From NCBI GenBank assembly GCA_965263035.1, contig OZ253580.1:928001-992000 (forward strand): a stretch of 64,000 nucleotides of DNA, given 5' to 3'. The DNA is from Acidobacteriota bacterium. Lineage in GTDB: Bacteria > Acidobacteriota > UBA6911 > RPQK01 > JAJDTT01. Of the stretch, positions 48,436 through 58,061 are shown piece after piece; the stretch's first letter is position 1; every line of letters begins with the position of its first letter. The position numbers were made by a program, and so were the translations under genes. The notes under the pieces were generated by a model. That model saw only the letters and a list, made by a program, of their open reading frames with translations. It did not search any database and was not told where the DNA came from.

Positions 48436-50200
48436 CCCGGATATCTCATCAGAAAGATTGATAAAGGCCGCGTTTTCTGCTATAAGTGTTGTGTAATCAA
48501 TAACTTACAAAGCAGAAGGGACGCGACCTTATGACCGCAGAGTGTACCAGAATAAAGCTCAGATTTCAGGGCCTGGACGGACGGGATGTCGTGGGCCGGT
48601 TCGACGGCGGCGAGATCACCTCCGACGCCGGTGGCGTGCTCCTGCGCGAAGTGGAGCAGCGGACCCGGATTCTGGGTCGTCTGAGCGAATGCTTCACCGA
48701 CTATCGAGACTCGGATCGAGTCGAACACCCGGTGGAGGCGTTGATCAAACAGCGGGTGCTGGGGCTGTGCCTGGGCTACGAGGACCTCAACGACCACGAC
48801 GAGTTGTGCCGGGACCGGCTCTTGGCGCTGTTGTGTGATCGAGATGATCTGACGGGGGAGTTCCGGCGCGTGGAGTCGGATCGAGGCAAGCCGCTGGCAG
48901 GCAAGAGCACCCTGAACCGACTGGAGCGGACTCCGTTGGAGGGACCGGAGGGCGCGTACAAGAAGATCGTGGCCGACCCGGCGGGGATGGACGAGCTGCT
49001 GCTGGAGGTGTTTGTGGAAGCGCATCCGGAGCCCCCGGAGGAGGTGATCCTGGATGTAGACGCCACGGACGATCCGCTGCATGGGAAGCAGGAGGGACGG
49101 TTCTTCCACGGCTATTACAAACGCTACTGCTACCTGCCGCTGTACGTCTTCTGTGGGGAACACCTGTTGCGTGCGCGGCTGCGCACGGCGGATCGAGGCG
49201 CGGCCCACGGGGTGGTGGCGGAGTTGGAACCAATCGTGAGGCGGCTGCGTGAAGCGTGGCCCCAGGTGCGGATCACGGTTCGAGGGGACAGTGCCTTCTC
49301 CAACGACGAGTTGATGGTCTGGTGCGAGAAGGAAGGGATCGATTACGTCCTGGGGTTGGCGCAGAACGATCGGCTGAAGCGGAGGATCGCGACCCGGATG
49401 GAGACCGTCCGGCAGTTGCAGCGGGCGATCGGGAAGGCCGTGAGGCAGTTCCAGGAACTGCGCTATCAGACGCACAAGAGTTGGTCGTGCGAGCGCCGGG
49501 TGGTGGCGAAGGTGGAGCACCTGCCCCGGGGAAAGAACCCGCGATTCATCGTGACTTCGGTCCCGGTCCAGGAATGCGATGGGCGAAGATTGTACGAGGA
49601 GGTCTACTGCGCGCGGGGAGACATGGAGAATCGGATAAAGGAACAGCAGATGGGTCTGTTTGCGGACCGCACGTCGACCCGGAAGCTGGCGGGGAATCAA
49701 CTGCGGTTGTATTTCTCGGCATTCGCCTACGTGATGATGGAGACGTTGCGACGGGTGGGGCTGGCGGGGACGAAGCTGGCGCGGGCGCAGAGCTGGACCC
49801 TGCGGGTGAGATTGCTGAAGATCGGGGCACAGGTCCGGATCACCAGCCGCAAGGTCTGGTTGTCCTTTTCCGAGAGCTATCCGTATGCGGCGCTGTTGAG
49901 GACGGCTCTGACGCAAGTGCAAGCCCTCCCGCTTCGCTGTTAGCAACGGATGGAAAGAACTCTTTGGACGATGGCGACTTGGGAGTCCCCAGGATGGACT
50001 GCGCCCCGGAGTGGGCACCGGGTCGAGAGTCGTCGCTCAGAAGCGCAGGATGGGCGTCAAAAGGCTCTGGAGAAGCGCTGCATCTGGCCGTTGGTCGGCA
50101 CGTTCGAGCACGAAAACTGCCTCTTGAACTCGTATGGATAAAGAATCACCCAGACGACGGTTCAACTTCCGTTTATTGTTCTACTGATGAGAAATGCAGG
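48436..50200 (+). mobile_element. IS1380-family element, copy 1 (intact)
   Basis: TIR CCCGGATATCTCATCAG / CCTGCATTTCTCATCAG; CTAG TSD at 48432-48435 and 50201-50204. Confidence 0.93.
48531..49943 (+). CDS. IS1380-family transposase
   Basis: FDGGEITSDAGG, LDVDATDDPLHGKQEG, VRGDSAF, YCARGDMENRIKE. Confidence 0.95.
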   Translation: MTAECTRIKLRFQGLDGRDVVGRFDGGEITSDAGGVLLREVEQRTRILGRLSECFTDYRDSDRVEHPVEALIKQRVLGLCLGYEDLNDHDELCRDRLLALLCDRDDLTGEFRRVESDRGKPLAGKSTLNRLERTPLEGPEGAYKKIVADPAGMDELLLEVFVEAHPEPPEEVILDVDATDDPLHGKQEGRFFHGYYKRYCYLPLYVFCGEHLLRARLRTADRGAAHGVVAELEPIVRRLREAWPQVRITVRGDSAFSNDELMVWCEKEGIDYVLGLAQNDRLKRRIATRMETVRQLQRAIGKAVRQFQELRYQTHKSWSCERRVVAKVEHLPRGKNPRFIVTSVPVQECDGRRLYEEVYCARGDMENRIKEQQMGLFADRTSTRKLAGNQLRLYFSAFAYVMMETLRRVGLAGTKLARAQSWTLRVRLLKIGAQVRITSRKVWLSFSESYPYAALLRTALTQVQALPLRC

Positions 50201-50687
50201 CTAGGTTGCTTCCCCTCAAAGTAGTCTTCCGGCGTGTAGATTTGAATCTTGGGCAGGTCCATGAAGCGTCCGGCGTTGACGGCGGCATTTCTCATGCCGT
50301 TGGTCACTCTGTCTCGAAAGCAGGTGAAGATGCCGAGATCAGCTCCGGCCTGTTGACGTGCGCCGTTGAAGGCTTGGACGTGTCCGGGATTGGTAGAGCC
50401 GCCTTTGACCTGAGAAACGATGTCAATGAACCGGCCCTTGCGGATCGGGAGCCGTCCCACGCCGTCAATTCCGCCATCCCGTCTCTGGATTCGGTTCGGC
50501 TCCATACCGTCCACCAGAGCAGCAGCCCACCTCTCAAACCGGAATTTATCGATGCCGGCAAGCTCCTGAGCGTGTGTGATGGTATGGGGAAGGCCAATGT
50601 ATTGGGTGTGTTCCCAACGGATTCATCCGGGACATCCTCCCGCATGACTTCAAGGTGGTCTCCAAAGATCAGTCGATTTTCGTTCAA
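50201..50687 (-). pseudogene. Internally deleted DNA methyltransferase - Mrr-like endonuclease fusion (cargo of element C)
   Basis: MTase N-terminus NRLIFGDHLEVMREDVPDESV, then in another frame DKFRFERWAA...DGGIDG...VSQVKGG...GIF...PKIQIYT; 3' end cut by IS1380. Confidence 0.75.
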
Positions 50688-51634
50688 CCCACCAAATCCT
50701 TGTAACGCAGCCGCTTTCCCACCATCCGGTCAGCGACCAGGGCCATTTGATCCAACGTGTCCATGCGCCTTAGGTTGTGACGTGCGGCAAACTCTCCAAC
50801 GTATCGGTCGGTGTGCTGTTCCGAGAAGTGGTGAAAGGTTCCGTGGTAACTCCGCTTCAACATGGACCAGAATGATTCGGCTCCGTTGGTGTGGCAGTTG
50901 CCTTTGACGTACTCCTGAAGAGAATGTCTGACCGTCTCGTGATGGACAAGCCGGCCGTAAGAGGTTGAATCGTCCGTGTAGATCTTGGCATCTTCTCCCA
51001 CGTGCTCCAAGACGAAACGGGAGAGGGTTTCAGACTTGGTGTCAGGGACGACTCGGGCCGACACTTGGTTGGAGGGGCGATCTTTGACGGCAGCCACGGC
51101 CGTCTTTCCAACGGCTCCACGTCCCTCCAGTTTGGCGCGTTTGGCCTTCGGCATATGCTTCCGCTTTCCGCCGAGATACGCCTCGTCAGCCTCGACCGGG
51201 CCGGAGAACAGGGCCATTCCAGTCAGGTTCAGACCTTTCCGTATCCGGTGAGCAAGGTGCCAAGCCGTCTTCTGTGTTACGTCCAGGTCACGATGCAGCT
51301 TCATGGAGGAAACGCTCTTGAGGCTGGTAGTAAGGAGGTAGGTCGCAAGCAACCAAGTCTGATAGCCGAGTTTGGAGGACTGCATAACCGTCCCGACCCG
51401 GACGCTGAACCGCTTGCCGCAATCGCGGCAACGATACGGCATGGAAGGATGCTTGGCTCCGGTCTGGACGTTGGTGGAGCCGCAATGGACGCAACAGACT
51501 TCCTCCGGCCACCGCTGCTTTATGAACCATTCCTCAGCGGCTTTATCGTCGGGAAATCTCTTGAAGAATCCGCGAAGTGAAAGTCCCTCTCGGAACGCCT
51601 TGCCGGGTGCCTTGTTCCGTGTCTCGTAACTCAT
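50684..51634 (-). CDS. IS1595-family transposase
   Basis: CVHCG...CRDC, VEADEAY, IYTDD, HTNGAESFWSMLKR; RBS AGGAGG. Confidence 0.95.
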   Translation of the reverse strand: MSYETRNKAPGKAFREGLSLRGFFKRFPDDKAAEEWFIKQRWPEEVCCVHCGSTNVQTGAKHPSMPYRCRDCGKRFSVRVGTVMQSSKLGYQTWLLATYLLTTSLKSVSSMKLHRDLDVTQKTAWHLAHRIRKGLNLTGMALFSGPVEADEAYLGGKRKHMPKAKRAKLEGRGAVGKTAVAAVKDRPSNQVSARVVPDTKSETLSRFVLEHVGEDAKIYTDDSTSYGRLVHHETVRHSLQEYVKGNCHTNGAESFWSMLKRSYHGTFHHFSEQHTDRYVGEFAARHNLRRMDTLDQMALVADRMVGKRLRYKDLVG

Positions 51635-52149
51635 TGCATCCTCCTGACTTACAAGACATATTCTATAGGAAAGTACCGGCATTATCAACCCCTACGGGCA
51701 ACTTTTTCGGCACTTTCGTATATAATCCCCAAGGAAATCCTAGCACCATTAGCACGCAGAAAGGACGAGGATAGCTGAGCAAGTTGACGAGATTCGGCGA
51801 TAATTCTTCAGCCAGCCGCAACGGCCCTCGCGAGCCCAGCCTATTGGCGGCGGTTATCCCGGGTCGACAAACCAGAATTCCGAGAGTTCTCACGCTGAAG
51901 CTGACGGCTACTTCAAATATGGAGGGCCAGTGCACCACGCCGCGGTCAGCTCCCAGAAATCTCCTCGCCTCTTCAGCCCGATATTTTGTCCCTGAGTGCC
52001 GCCGTATTTCGCGGTAACTCCCTCGTATCTGGCTCCTATCTGGCTGGTGTCTTTTTCTCTGTCCAAGACATTAACATTCGATGAATCAGCAACCTGAGTG
52101 CAGGCTCTGCGGAACGAATCTTCCAAATTTTGACCCAGCGCAGGCATAT

Positions 52150-52269
52150 TCATGTCTCCCTGCCCTCAACCGTCTCTCGCCGGCTGCCTTTTGCCCGACC
52201 GCGCCGCGCTCCGGAAGCCAGTATGGTCAGCCCGGCTGCCCGTTTCAGAAACGTTCGTCGATTTCGCAT
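52150..52269 (-). pseudogene. Orphan Tat signal peptide (5' remnant of a lost gene)
   Basis: MRNRRTFLKRAAGLTILASG with GGAG RBS; very similar to MKNRRTFLKQ at 59870. Confidence 0.55.
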
Positions 52270-52326
52270 TTCGTCCGCTCCAATCACCAGGGGAGCTTTT
52301 ACACAAGACCACGGCCAGCTCCCCGG

Positions 52327-53655
52327 TCAATCGCGCTGCACCTCGATCGGTAAAACGAAAATGCGGCTCCGTTCACCGGAATCGACGGGCGTCGGATCCC
52401 AGCCGAAGGGAGCGCGGTCGTACACCAGCAGAAGCCGGTTGGCCGAGATCTCCACGATCTCCGTGTAAGAGGTGGTCTGACCCCTTCCGCCCCTTTGGCC
52501 CTGCTGGGAAATGCGGTAGCTGGCGTCCGGAGCCCAGCGGTTGTGATGTTCGAGGATGTCGATGTCCTGCCAGGTCTGCGCACGGGCGTCGATGGAGAAC
52601 CATACACGTATACCGGGGCGGCCGCTGGAGAGCACGATGGTGTCGTTCTGGGTGCGAACCATACTCGGCTCCACGCTGAAGGGGGGGATGGGTTCCACCT
52701 GGGTCCAGGAACGGCCTCCATCGCCGCTGTAGGCCCGGCCCAGGTCCAATAAACTGCCGACTCGAAACACAGCCATGAGGTCTCCATCGGCCAGCCGGAT
52801 CATCGATGTCTCACTGGCTTCCAGGAGTTCCTGAGGCCAGGGTCGACCCTGGTAACGCGAGTCTTCAGGATCCCGCCTCCTGGCGTCAGCAGTCATCACA
52901 AAAGGATCAGCCACGGTTGAGAAGTAGCGCCATGTCCGTCCCTTATCCTCAGAAGCAAAGAGCAGGCTGATCACCTTCTCTTCCTTTCGAGGCTCCAGGT
53001 TCCCCCCGGTCCTCATGTACCCGGTGGCCAGGAGGCGATCGCCCATCTGAAGGGCATCGCCACAAAACTTCAGTCGGGCAATCCAGTTGGTTCGAGGCAT
53101 CTGGCTCGGAAACGTGCCCACCGGCCAGGGCCAGTCCACCACCCGCACGCCGGCCGGTTCTACAACAACGCTGCTCCCACCGCGTTCGAACAGGTTGTAG
53201 CTGGTGTGAAGGTTGTGTCTTTCCTCCCGCTCGGGCTGGTAGAGGTGGGCCAGGATGGCCAGTAGAGATCCCTCCCCCTGAGGTACGTAAATGGCTGGTT
53301 GAAGGTCCGTGATGAGGTCATAGCGGTGGCCCCAGTTGTGGCCGCCATTTCTGGAGATCTGAAAGGCGCGAACCGAATAGGGATTCGCGTTGGAATCCGC
53401 TGACACGGCATAGGTCACGATCAATTCGCCGGACGGAAATTTGGCCAGAGTTGGAAACCAGGCATGACCGATGGTTTGGGTCACCTGGATCGGCTGTCCC
53501 AGACGAACGGTCAGGCGCTGCAACCTCACCTTCGTCGTTTCTCCGGTGGCAAGAAGGTGGGGTTGCGGTGCAAAACCGGAAGCCCACAGCCAGGGCGCGA
53601 GGAGAAACACGATCCTTTTCCCGTACCTTGGCCTGTGATTGCACTGGTCGATCAT
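52327..53655 (-). CDS. BNR/Asp-box sialidase-like protein (paralog of 41195-42523)
   Basis: SRNGGHNW, SEDKGRTW, SGDGGRSW; shared MPRTNWIARLK and C-terminal RIFVLPIEV. Confidence 0.85.
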   Translation of the reverse strand: MIDQCNHRPRYGKRIVFLLAPWLWASGFAPQPHLLATGETTKVRLQRLTVRLGQPIQVTQTIGHAWFPTLAKFPSGELIVTYAVSADSNANPYSVRAFQISRNGGHNWGHRYDLITDLQPAIYVPQGEGSLLAILAHLYQPEREERHNLHTSYNLFERGGSSVVVEPAGVRVVDWPWPVGTFPSQMPRTNWIARLKFCGDALQMGDRLLATGYMRTGGNLEPRKEEKVISLLFASEDKGRTWRYFSTVADPFVMTADARRRDPEDSRYQGRPWPQELLEASETSMIRLADGDLMAVFRVGSLLDLGRAYSGDGGRSWTQVEPIPPFSVEPSMVRTQNDTIVLSSGRPGIRVWFSIDARAQTWQDIDILEHHNRWAPDASYRISQQGQRGGRGQTTSYTEIVEISANRLLLVYDRAPFGWDPTPVDSGERSRIFVLPIEVQRD

Positions 53656-53836
53656 GATTTCCTCCCGTTCGAGAAGTCCAAGGATGAATCTTACAGCAGA
53701 GATCCAACCGGGAACAGGGCTATGGCCAGCGACACGGCTAGCCCGGATATCTCAACAGAAAGATTGATAAAGGCCGCGTATTCTGCTATAAGTGTTGTGG
53801 TATCAATAACTTACAAAGCAGAAGGGACGCGACCTT

Positions 53837-55250
53837 ATGACCGCAGAGTGTACCAGAACAAAGCTCAGATTTCAGGGCCTGGACGGACGGGACGTCGTGG
53901 GCCGGTTCGACGGCGGCGAGATCACCTCCGACGCCGGTGGCGTGCTCTTGCGTGAAGTGGAGCAGCGGACCCGGATTCTGGGTCGGCTGAGCGAATGCTT
54001 CACCGATCATCGGGATCCGGATCGGATCGAACACTCCGTCGTGGCGTTGATCAAACAGCGGGTGCTGGGGCTGTGCCTGGGCTACGAGGATCTCAACGAC
54101 CACGACGAGTTGTGCCGGGACCGGCTCCTGGCGCTACTGTGCGACCGGGACGACCTGACGGGGGAGTTCCGGCGCGTGGAGTCGGATCGAGGCAAACCGC
54201 TGGCAGGCAAGAGCACCCTGAACCGACTGGAGCGGACCCCGTTGGAGGGACCGGAGGGCGCGTACAAGAAGATCGTGGCCGACCCGGCGAGGATGGACGA
54301 GCTGCTGCTGGAGGTGTTTGTGGAAGCGCATCCGGAGCCCCCGGAGGAGGTGATCCTGGATGTAGACGCCACGGACGATCCGCTGCATGGGAAGCAGGAG
54401 GGACGGTTCTTCCACGGCTATTACAAACGCTACTGCTACCTGCCGCTGTACGTCTTCTGTGGGGAACATCTGTTGTGTGCGCGGCTGCGCACGGCGGATC
54501 GAGGCGCGGCCCACGGGGTGGTGGCGGAGTTGGAACCGATCGTGAGGCGGCTGCGTGAAGCGTGGCCCCAGGTCCGGATCACGGTTCGAGGGGACAGTGC
54601 CTTCTCCAACGACGAGTTGATGGTCTGGTGCGAGAAGGAAGGGATCGATTACGTCCTGGGGTTGGCGCAGAACGATCGGCTGAAGCGGAGGATCGCGACC
54701 CGGATGGAGACCGTCCGGAAGTTGCAGCAGGCGATGGGCAAGGCCGTGAGGCAGTTCCAGGAACTGCGCTATCAGACGCACAAGAGTTGGTCCTGCGAGC
54801 GCCGGGTGGTGGCGAAGGTGGAGCACCTGCCCCGGGGAAAGAACCCGCGGTTCATCGTGACTTCGGTGCCGGTCCAGGAATGCGAAGGGCGAAGATTGTA
54901 CGAGGAGGTCTACTGCGCGCGGGGAGAGCATGGAGAATCGGATAAAGGAACAGCAGATGGGTCTGTTTGCGGACCGCACGTCGACCCGGAAGCTGGCGGG
55001 GAATCAACTGCGGTTGTATTTCTCGGCATTCGCCTACGTGATGATGGAGACGTTGCGACGGGTGGGGCTGGCGGGGACGAAGCTGGCGCGGGCGCAGAGC
55101 TGGACCCTGCGGGTGAGATTGCTGAAGATCGGGGCACAGGTCCGGATCACCAGCCGCAAGGTCTGGTTGTCCTTTTCCGAGAGCTATCCGTATGCGGCGC
55201 TGTTGAGGACGGCTCTGACGCAAGTGCAAGCCCTCCCGCTTCGCTGTTAG
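53837..55250 (+). pseudogene. IS1380 transposase with +1 frameshift
   Basis: GGGGAGAGCATGGAG versus GGGGAGACATGGAG in copy 1 (~54928); otherwise near-identical to 48531-49943. Confidence 0.9.
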
Positions 55251-55494
55251 CAACGGATGGAAAGAACTCTTTGGACGATGGCGACTTGGGAGTCCCCAGG
55301 ATGGACTGCGCCCCGGAGTGGGCACCGGGTCGAGAGTCGTCGCTCAGAAGCGCAGGATGGGCGTCAAAAGGCTCTGGAGAAGCGCTGCATCTGGCCGTTG
55401 GTCGGCACGTTCGAGCACGAAAACTGCCTCTTGAACTCGTATGGATAAAGAATCACCCAGACGACGGTTCAACTTCCGTTTATTGTTCTACTGA

Positions 55495-57492
55495 GTAGAG
55501 TCGAGGAGAGGCGCGACGGCCGTAGGTGGTAGGGAGTCGCTGTTGCCGGCGGCTTTCGCCCTCATGCCGGTGCCTCAATCTCCACCGTGACCCCGTTTCC
55601 TCTCCCCGCTCATCGAACCGGACGTGCGCTACTAACGCATCCGGCTCTCGGACGAGATCATACGCGCGCCCACGGAAAGCTGGCCGTTCGCGGACCAAGA
55701 CGAGTGAGCTCCCACTCCTTCCAGAGTCGCTTGTCCGGGAAGCGCACCGTCTTCCCGGCCCTCACCTTGTGCTTGCGGCTCAGCCACTGGCGCAGCCGCC
55801 GGGTCGCGTGCCGATCGATCGTCGCATAAGCGGGACTCACCTGACCCAACGAGAAGTAGTTCGCCCAACCGTTCAGAAGCCGGTTGAGGCGTCCCACGAC
55901 TCGCTCGGGTTCCAGGAGTCCATAGCGTCTCTCGGTCAACGCGCTCACCCTGCGGCAGAGGCTCTGAACGCTCGCCGGGCTCGGGCGCGTCCCAATGTAG
56001 GCTCGCCCCGTATCCCGGCGGTAGTTGCGCCCAATCCGGTAGCCGAGGAACTCCAGCGGTTCCTCCGGCACCCGCACCTCTCGGGTCTTCTCCGCGTTCA
56101 ACGCCAGCTTCAGACGCTTCACCAAATCCTCGACCGCCGTCCGCATGATCGCGGCCGGAGCTTGGCCCAGGACCACAAAGTCGTCTGCGTAGTTGACGAT
56201 TTCCGCCTTGAAGCGCCGAGCGTAGCCCAGTCCCTTCCAGCCCAGAATGAAGCGTCGCATGTACAAGTTGCTCAGCAGCGGTGAGATGGGCGCCCCTTGC
56301 GGGGTCCCTTTCCTCTCTTGCCGCGCCCGGGTCGTTCGGCGTCGTCCGCCGCAGCCGTCCTCTTCCTCCACCGCCATCTCCAACCAAACCTTGATCCAAC
56401 CCACCACCCGCCCATCACTGATGCGGCGGGCCACGGACTTGATCAGTTGGGCATGGGGGATCTGGCCGAAGTAGTCCGTCAGGTCGGCGTCCACCACCTC
56501 GCGGTGGCCCCGGTTCAGCAGTCGGTGCACGTGCTTGACGGCATCGCCCGCGCTCCGGCCCGGCCGATAGGCATATTGTTCCGGGGCCAGATCGGCTTCG
56601 AAGATCGGCGACAACACCAACATTGCCGCCGTCTGCGCCACCCGATCCCGCACACACGGAATGCCCAAAGGCCGGAACTTCCCGCGTTGCTTCTTCGGGA
56701 TCAGAACCTGCCGCACCGCGTTGGGCCGGTAGGTCCCTTCCTTCAGGTCCCGCGCCAGTTCCCCGAGCCACCCGTCCACCCCCGACGACTCGATGTCGGC
56801 GATCGCCTCCCCGTCCACCCCGGCCGACCCGCCGTTGCGGCGGACCTCCTGCCAGGCCACACGGAGCACGTCCAACCGCCACACCTTGTCGCACAGCGAG
56901 TAGAACCGGAAGCCCGGAGCCTCCTTCGATGCTCGCATGGAGCGTCTTCCGGAGTCTCTGAACTTTCTCTGAAGCTACTAGGTTCTCACCAGTCTTCACG
57001 TCCTTTTCCCCGTCCAACGCGGTTCTCGAACCAAGGCCCCTTCCCTCCACCGGCGTTACCCGGCTTCTCCAGTACTACGGGCCTCTCCGCCACCCCGACG
57101 GCCCAGGCTGGCCCTCACGGGTTCCCGGTTGACGCGTGCCACGCCACCGGCGGGGCTTCCCGTGTTGCTGCTGTCTCCCTCTTGTCCACATGCCACCGCC
57201 ATTACCCCGGCGGAACCGGCCGGTGCTTCCGTCGCTCGCTTCCCGGCCGCTGGCAGCCTTCGTGCGTTTCTCAGGCGGGTCGGCTTCCGCATTACCCGTT
57301 TCGAGGCCTGCTCAGCGTTCGCTCAAGCTACGGCCTGCGGACTCGCTGAGTCGCCTAAAGCGACCCTTTGACATCGGAGTGCTTCAGTCCATATCGTTGC
57401 CTCCATGAACCGCTCCGACTGCTACCGGCTGGAGCGACAGTTGCCGGGCGGGTTTCGCACCCGCTGGGAGAAAGCGCCTTTCCACGGCGCAC
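55495..57492 (-). mobile_element. Group II intron (1998 nt)
   Basis: 5' end GTGCGCC at 57492; domain V GAGCCGGATGCG...CGCACGTCCGGTTC at 55615-55647; long domain VI ending CTCGACTCTAC at 55495; RT ORF inside. Confidence 0.93.
55658..56938 (-). CDS. ltrA: Group II intron reverse transcriptase/maturase (no En domain; N-terminal frameshift)
   Basis: RPLGIPCVRDRVAQ, GTPQGAPISPLLSN, YADD, LNGWANYF; upstream NLVASEKVQRLRKTLHA is in a different frame. Confidence 0.9.
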   Translation of the reverse strand: MRASKEAPGFRFYSLCDKVWRLDVLRVAWQEVRRNGGSAGVDGEAIADIESSGVDGWLGELARDLKEGTYRPNAVRQVLIPKKQRGKFRPLGIPCVRDRVAQTAAMLVLSPIFEADLAPEQYAYRPGRSAGDAVKHVHRLLNRGHREVVDADLTDYFGQIPHAQLIKSVARRISDGRVVGWIKVWLEMAVEEEDGCGGRRRTTRARQERKGTPQGAPISPLLSNLYMRRFILGWKGLGYARRFKAEIVNYADDFVVLGQAPAAIMRTAVEDLVKRLKLALNAEKTREVRVPEEPLEFLGYRIGRNYRRDTGRAYIGTRPSPASVQSLCRRVSALTERRYGLLEPERVVGRLNRLLNGWANYFSLGQVSPAYATIDRHATRRLRQWLSRKHKVRAGKTVRFPDKRLWKEWELTRLGPRTASFPWARV

Positions 57493-57505
57493 TGAGATAT
57501 CCGGG

Positions 57506-58010
57506 CTAGGTTCGCCCGCCGTCATCGGAGACAGACAGCAAGCTGCTCATCAGTTCCTGAGGGTAGGCTTTCGTACTGATGTATCCGGTGGCGAAAAGCC
57601 GGCCTTCCCGTTCGAAGGCGCTGCCGTCCAGTTTGACCCGCGCGATCCAGTTTGTCCGCGGTATCGGGCTGGGAAACATATCCACGGCCCAGGGCAGGTC
57701 CATCATTCGAGTTCCAGCCGGTTCCATGACCACCCGATTCCCTTCCCGCTCAAAGCGGGAGTAGGTCGCATGCAGGTTGTGCCGGTCCTCCGGATCCGCC
57801 TGGTAGAAGTGGGAAGGTATGGCCAATAGGGAACCGTCGTCCCGTGGGAGGTAGATCCAGGGTTGATGGTCGGGGATCAGGTCGTTTCGATGCCCCCAGC
57901 TCCTACCCCCGTCCCTGGAGATCTGGAAGGCTGTAAGGTAAGTCGGATTTTCGTTGGTGTCGGCCACCAGCGAGTAGGTCACCATCAGCTCTCCGGTGGG
58001 GAATCTTGCC
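57506..58010 (-). pseudogene. Internal fragment of a BNR/sialidase-like paralog
   Basis: ARFPTGELMVTYSLVADTNE...SDDGGRT, highly similar to 41195-42523; cut at the IS1380 CTAG; no N-terminus. Confidence 0.85.
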
Positions 58011-58061
58011 CGGATTCTCCGATCCACCGGGCCTCGGCGCCTTTTCCCTTGCCCCTCGGCT

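Larger units (their letters stand above)
48200..51730 (-). mobile_element. IS1595-family element C (cargo-carrying, interrupted by IS1380)
   Basis: TIR GGGGATTATATACGAAAGTGCCGAAA at both ends; 8-bp TSD AAGGAAAT (48192-48199, 51731-51738). Confidence 0.95.
53742..57505 (+). mobile_element. IS1380 copy 2 with a group II intron in its right TIR
   Basis: Left TIR CCCGGATATCTCA after CTAG (53738-53741); IS body ends CTACTGA at 55494; TGAGATATCCGGG-CTAG resumes at 57493. Confidence 0.9.

Noticed and set aside
51739-52153. Short ORFs between IS1595 element C and the Tat remnant
   Set aside because: No recognisable motifs or convincing RBS; probably decayed sequence
55495-57492. RT as retron, DGR or CRISPR-associated RT
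   Set aside because: Canonical GTGCG start, domains V/VI and maturase domain show a group II intron; no TR/VR pair, msr-msd or cas genes seen
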